A DNA stretch of 64,000 bases, taken from contig NW_026864517.1 of NCBI RefSeq assembly GCF_026571515.1, positions 1 to 64,000 on the forward strand, read 5' to 3'. Shown here one piece after another: positions 57,870-64,000 of this stretch. Both the position numbers and the translations under genes were made by a program. The stretch is from Ruditapes philippinarum (Eukaryota). The notes below the pieces were generated by a model. It was not told where the DNA came from. It did no database searches and saw nothing but the letters and a program-made list of their open reading frames with translations. Every line of letters starts with the position of its first letter. The stretch's first letter is position 1.

Positions 57870-58834
57870 CAGGGATTTTTTTGCCTTATTTTATAGCCGA
57901 TATTCGGTCATATTCCCAATTGAAAATAGTGTATTATTTTCCCAATCCACAGGAAAAAATTCCCAATTGAAAGTTACAAAATAAAAATATTGAATAACAA
58001 ATTCTAAAATCTTGGAAAATAAGGGCTTCTTCACTGTTATGGTGTTTAAAAGTTTGAAGATGCCTTCCTAGACAGTTATTCTTTGCATTCATTTAATTTG
58101 TAAATTAATTACTGCAAAATTTAAGTCATGCAATTTTTTCCAATTTTTAACAAAACATTGCTAAAATTCCCAATTCATGGGTACTGGTTGGGGGCCACCA
58201 AAACCGGACAACCACCAAACCCGGACCAACCCCAAAAATGCTTACTTTAGTATTTTCTTTGTTCAGTGGTTGTCAGTCACTTTTTTATCAACAATGCATG
58301 CATGTTTCTTCTAAAATTAAGTAAATAAATTTATTTCAACCTCTGTAAATGGTAATATTTTAATGTCTATTTCAAGAATGTTGACATAGAAATTTGGGGG
58401 TCAAGAAAGCAATGTCTGATCTCATATACCAGCTATAATCATTTGCAGAGTAAACAATAGAATATCCAAAACTTCAGCATTTGTTGCTGAAATATTGTAT
58501 AACATGTTAAATATAAAAAATTAAAACATCCAAGCTTTTATCTGAATTAAATCACATCATGTACATATCTGTCCGGACACATGGTACTGTAATGTAGACA
58601 ATTTAGGTAATGCTTATACCCTCCTTGTCGAGCCTCAGATATAAGTGTCAATGCAATCAGAAATAAACAAACTGGTTTCTTAGTTAGGAAAAGAACCTAG
58701 CTGAACTGTGTAAATTTTTTAGGTCTCTAGGTTAAAAATTATGAAATCTGTACGGAAAAATGTTAAAAAAGTGTCCGGTTGATGGTCTCCGACCAGTATG
58801 GGTCATGTTCCCAAAATCCTGCAAAAAAACCCTG
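57870..58834. mobile_element. MITE with CAGGG..CCCTG ends, containing a nested MITE
   Basis: CAGGGATTTTTTT ... AAAAAAACCCTG, flanked by AGATG on both sides (57865-57869, 58835-58839); internal TTCCCAATT repeats. Confidence 0.65.
58184..58796. mobile_element. Nested TA-flanked MITE
   Basis: Imperfect TIRs CTGGTTGGGGGCCACCA and TGGTCTCCGACCAG, TA on both sides, and CCGGAC/GTCCGG subterminal repeats. Confidence 0.65.
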
Positions 58835-59053
58835 AGATGAGGACCAGTCTGGCTATAGTCGGAGCCATTGGGTAATATAATGGTTACCATATTCAAAGCC
58901 CAACGCATTTGAATACGGCAAAGCTCTGGAGCCAATTTTGAATTTGTTGAAATATTTTGTAAATGGAGTGAAACAGTGATTATTGATAATCTTGATGTTT
59001 TTTCGCCTGTAGCGTTGTTTATATTGATGTTGAAGTTTAAAATTGACCATCTT

Positions 59054-59283
59054 CAGTGTTCGAAATTAGCAGTAATCTGATAGCCCATGACTACTAAATT
59101 TCTCCTCGGGCTACCAACTTTTTACAGTAACAAGCCCGACCAGGCTACTGTATTTTCAGAGGCACTATAAACAACTGTTTTGAACAAATGAATCGTGCTA
59201 GTGAAATGTCTTTTGGTATTGTGAATTTTCAAATCTGGTAGTCCGACCAGCCTAGTGGATTCAAATCCTAATTTCTATCACTG
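59054..59283. mobile_element. Small MITE-like element
   Basis: Inverted termini CAGTGTTCGAAATTAG and CTAATTTCTATCACTG; no exact TSD. Confidence 0.5.
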
Positions 59284-62094
59284 CATCATTGTGAAGAATA
59301 ACATCTTCTGCGTCGATGGACAAAAGGATTATGTGAAAATATTGGAAATGAAATAAAATTAATGGTGATTTTGACGGAAGGTGTGCGAATTTCTTCAGGC
59401 AAACATATTTATCTTGTGTATTATTATAGACTTTGAAATATGATTTTTATTTCAAAACGGCCTATATTAAGTTGTTTTATTTTTATATATAATCAGCACA
59501 TGTGCTGGGATAGACAAATATACATTTTATTTGGATTTTAAAGGTGTTTTGAGCTCCACACCCCAAGTGTCTGTGCAAAAACTAGCTAAAGAGACTTCAG
59601 AGAACAGGTTTTATAATACTGCTAGTGCTACACCTGTTCCCTGAAGCCAATCCTGTATCGAAAGTCAACCAGAACTATGACATATTTATGTCATGCTGTT
59701 ATTCAATAAATTTGCGTTATCTGGACAAAACCTATTTTAACTTCGGTAGTTAGATATATTTTGTACACTTCAGTCTATATTTTTGAAGAAAGAAGGTTAG
59801 ATTGATGAAATATTCAAATAATGCCTAAAGTTAACATTTCATATAAATCGTCGCCATTGCTGCCCTAATCATCATTGAAAGAATTTTGGTTTGGATGACA
59901 TTTGCATGACCTGTGACCCAAATGCTATTTTTAATTGTAAACATGGCTTTGCAATTATGAATAACGATGTATTTATTCAATAACAGACATTGTACCAAAA
60001 ACATGTTAGATTCATATTGTTTTGAGTGATGATTCAGGATTATTTAAAATCATACAGTATTAAAAATAGTGTATGGTCCATTACTCAAAATAGATCTATG
60101 CTAAAATTTTCAAATCTTGGAAGTCCCGCGAGATTTCATTTGAAAGCAGAATCCATATTGATAAACAATCTCTACATATTTCCCTGTACACGATGTCATT
60201 GAAGTTTCATTTAAGAAAAAAACATGAATTGATTAAAAACGATTTGGTTATCACATAGAAATTTTTATTTGACCCAAATTTGATTTATAAGAGTGATTTT
60301 TATAGGGTTTTATGTAATGCACACGGACTGCCAAATTTCTGGTAGCCTTTGCAAATAGGGTTGACCCATAACTTTACTGTCGCACAACGTCAAAATAAAA
60401 GCGACATATAGTTATGCAGAACTATGCAAAAACTTGCTATCAATGCCAGTGTATTTTTTCTCTTTTGGGGGAAGGGGGTCGTGCCCTTTGGAGGGGGAAA
60501 AATGCAATAGGAGGGGGAATTTTATTCCTTCACAATTGAGGAGAAACGAAAACGAATCCGGTGCATATGTGACATTATTTTCTTTTCGGTAGAAAATGGG
60601 AGCTGTTCTTGCAACACAAGTTTAAAATAAGTCCTTTTTGTTTAATATATGGATCTAAAATATCGACAGCAGAATTTAAATGTCGCATGTTAAACTTGTT
60701 GGGATGCCAGCCCTTACAAGTTCCTACCTGGGAATGATTTGTACACAACCTTACTAAACAGTAAGTCTTACAAGCATAAAATAAAACATTTTTTTGGGGA
60801 GTTAGTTGCCAAAAATGATATTCATTGCAGGCAAATTTGGGCTTCTGCATGGGGGAAAATTTTGGCTTTCAGGAGGGAAAAAACATATGGGGAATATTGC
60901 TGAATATTTTGGTGGAAAGCAATTGTTTAATGTTCTGTAACACAAATTATAAAATTAGTGTTCTGTCCATCAACACATTGCAATTCTTTTAATTATGTCA
61001 AAGTCTTGTTAGATTTTTAGACAGAAAACAACATCAAATTAAATTCTATGTAAACTAGATTTTCCTACTCAGGCTACTGGGAATGGGATGCCAACAACAT
61101 ATAAAAATAAGTAATTACCTCCAACTTTAATGCGTCTGTGATGTGGTCTGTGATGTGCTTAACGCAATTATATGCGAGATATTAAGTATTTAAATGTTTA
61201 CACAGTAACAATAATATCTGAAATATAAAGCTTTTGAATAGAAAAATAATTTGAAACATTGTGCACAAATGGCTGTTTCAACTTTCGTTCTTACCGAATG
61301 TAGCACATATAATGCAGGGGTGATATTTCAAATACACGTCAAATAACTCGAGAAATGATTCTGAAACATGGAACTTAACGTTTGGTTAAACATTGATTGG
61401 TTTTCAAAAACATGTTTTGAGTGTTTTCCAAAATTAACAAGTGCTGTAAACTATACAACAATTAGCCGCGAGTTGTCAAACAAAAATCATGCGCGTGTGT
61501 ATTGTAAGCCACACCCCTATCACATACGCAATAGAATCGTCCATTTTATGCAAGTATGTCGCACTGGTTCCCGCTAAATTTCTGAAAAATTCTAGCAAGT
61601 TACTCGAAAAAATGAAGAACTAGTAAATAAATTTGACTGTGAAAAATGATTGTTGCTTAAATGAGGAATCTTAGGGCCACAAACGACGAAATTTTAATCA
61701 TTCAATTACAGAATTCTGAACAATATTTCAAGATCGGTTTTCCTAGTGACACACGGCATAAACACAGCGTCTACACACTGTGTATTCCGTGTGTTTTTAT
61801 TCAAATTATTGCCGATTAAGGCGTCTGAGATCACGTAGAACATTCTAAAGGACAGCAATTGAAAGCATAATTATAAGAAAATCTTTTACTTTCATCTTTG
61901 TAGCAGTTACCAGGAAATCAACAGAAAAAATTGGTTTTATTATTCAAAATTAACTTTGTTGACAACTGAGGGATTCCCTTTCGACAGCTTAAACTGTAAA
62001 CATTCAACATATATGTACAATAATATATGTACACCATAAATATCGTGCTTAATATAATACATTTCATTTATAATGTTGATATTGAATTACTTAC

Positions 62095-62255
62095 AGATAT
62101 ATATTCCAAGATGACGAAGATATTTATGGATATTCCAACAAACCTCGGTTCAAAACATCAAAATGGGGTTTGCCCTTTGACATTTATGACGTCATAAAAA
62201 TAGACCAATCCAATATTCAACCTCGTTTTGAAATGCTGCTCTATGCAAATTAATA
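62095..62255 (-). promoter_or_regulatory. Probable Sin3 promoter and non-coding first exon
   Basis: Minus-strand donor GTAAGT begins at 62094. Nearby are a perfect CRE TGACGTCA (62187-62194) inside the palindrome TTTATGACGTCATAAA, tandem CCAAT (~62205-62214) and an octamer ATGCAAAT (62243-62250). The first coding exon begins at a splice acceptor (57618), so an upstream UTR exon is required. Confidence 0.45.
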
Positions 62256-62674
62256 AATAGACGGTGCGTTAGTCACACGGTTAGAACAGCAAAGGTAACT
62301 AGACACTAAATCACAGCACTCAAAGTTGTGCTCAAGACGCTAATATTCGTGTAAATTCGATTGTGAATTTAGTTCGAAATAAAGGTAAAATCAAAGCGTG
62401 AATTATCAACAAGCATCATAGTTATGGAGGGCGTTCGTTGCCAAAATTCCAGACATATAAAGTGATCATTTTGAAATGCAAACGTGCATGTCTAGCATTT
62501 TTTATTGTATTCGTGCACAGCAAATAATATGCCTCTTAATCCAATCTTTTAATTGAAGGCACCCGCTTTTAAATAACAAGTTTACATGTAGATCTTAATA
62601 AGTGACTTAACATGAAAAACAGCAATAAATTTACAAGTTCGTATCTTCCATTGCAATTGCACACTTATCATGCT

Positions 62675-62699
62675 ATATATATATATATATATATATATA
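62675..62699. repeat. (TA)n microsatellite
   Basis: About 12 TA units. Confidence 0.9.
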
Positions 62700-62929
62700 T
62701 CTAACCGTATCTGAGATGAATAAATGAAATACAGAAAAAAAGAGTTTAAGAAAACGTGTTTCCAGTTGTAGAACTGCATCAGTACGTTTAACACAGTAGT
62801 TAACATGTTTACAAAAACAAAAGTAGATTTACAAAGTTTTAAAACGATTTTGAGTCATGCCCCTCTTTGAGTATTTTGAAACTTAGAACAATGGCGGAAA
62901 TGTACGGTAGATAGATATATATACAGGTA

Positions 62930-64000
62930 TAAAACCCGGCGCCTATCTCCTATTTCTCAGTAAAGTAAAGGAAAACGCGATGTCCTTTCTAACTTTTTTT
63001 AATTTTTTTTTATAAAAAATAAAATAATTTTGGTATCAAATGAAAGATTACTCCATAAGCTTTCTATGAATGCTTCAGAAATAAAAATGAATTATAATGT
63101 ATTATATATGAATAAAAGTATTGGAATTTTTGTTTCAAAATTTATCATTTTTCCTCTGAAAATCACAAAAGAAAAACACGGCGTCCCATCCAAACTTTTC
63201 TTTTTGATTTCGTAATCAATTTTAATAGTTTTGGATTGAAATAAAACTGTGCTGTCTATAATTATATAATGCCTAAAAATAAAAATGAATTCAGGAGAAG
63301 TATTAAAATTTTCGTTTTAAAGTTTCTGAAAACCACACTCTGTAAGAAAAACACGGCGACCATTTTACTTTTTTATTTATTGATCAATTTTAATAATGTT
63401 GGCGTCAAATGAAAGAATCCTTCATGACCTTTCTAGTGATGCCATAAAAATAAAAAAAAAATAATTACATAGAAGTATAAAAATATTTTGTTTCAAACTT
63501 ACCGTTGTTTTTTCTCGCGCTCTCTCTCTTAAAACCACAAAGAAAATCACGCCACTCCCTTTAGATACTTTATAAATTAATCAATTTTCAAAATAGAAAA
63601 TGAATATAGAACGAAAATTAAGACTATAAGCTTCAAATATATTAAAAAGTATTTATTTATACTGAAAATACCTTATTAAAGATTGCACATATGTGCTGCG
63701 GATAAGTACTTTCTTGATTCCGAAAGGAAAACTCTGTGGTTGCTTTAAAATCCTATTTTTTTCAAATACTAGCATAGTTTTTGTTTAAAATGAAATGTGT
63801 GCCAATACATTTTTTTTCAATGATACCAATACAAATATTGAATGGTTTTTAAATTATGAATAAAATTGCTGCCTTGAAGTTGGTCATTTTCCCCCTAAGA
63901 ATTTCCAAATCGCCAATGTTTCTCAGGAAAACACGAGGTTAAATAATTAGTTATCTTAATCATTTAGTATTAAATAAATGGTAAAATCAGCATTTTTCAA
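62930..64000. repeat. Degenerate ~175-195-bp periodic repeat, probably a DNA-element arm running off the window
   Basis: An AAGAAAAACACGGCG-like motif occurs at ~63170, ~63345 and ~63540, and TCAAATGAAAGA at ~63036 and ~63405. Confidence 0.45.

Overview
AT-rich, intron-containing animal genomic DNA; the repeat families suggest a bivalve mollusc (inference). (1) A 25-coding-exon Sin3/SIN3A corepressor gene on the minus strand (CDS 57585 to 38439), with a probable promoter near 62.2 kb. (2) Two convergently oriented paralogous secreted-protein genes (plus 12838-15437, minus 30009-23445) that the ORF track shows only as fragments. Spliced by hand, they give ~285-aa proteins with an RBP4-type six-cysteine pattern and lipocalin-type intron phases but no GxW signature, i.e. 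probable highly divergent lipocalins. This is the most interesting signal in the window. (3) A degraded CR1/L2-clade LINE flanked by a ~145-bp direct repeat. (4) Helentron-like (HINE) elements carrying 166-bp and ~448-bp higher-order satellite arrays, nested MITEs, a mariner relic, SINEs, a 1.1-kb foldback, a 24-bp minisatellite and three copies of a ~2.5-kb non-coding segment. Several patches look like unpolished long-read consensus. All splice models were read by eye and no database search was run.
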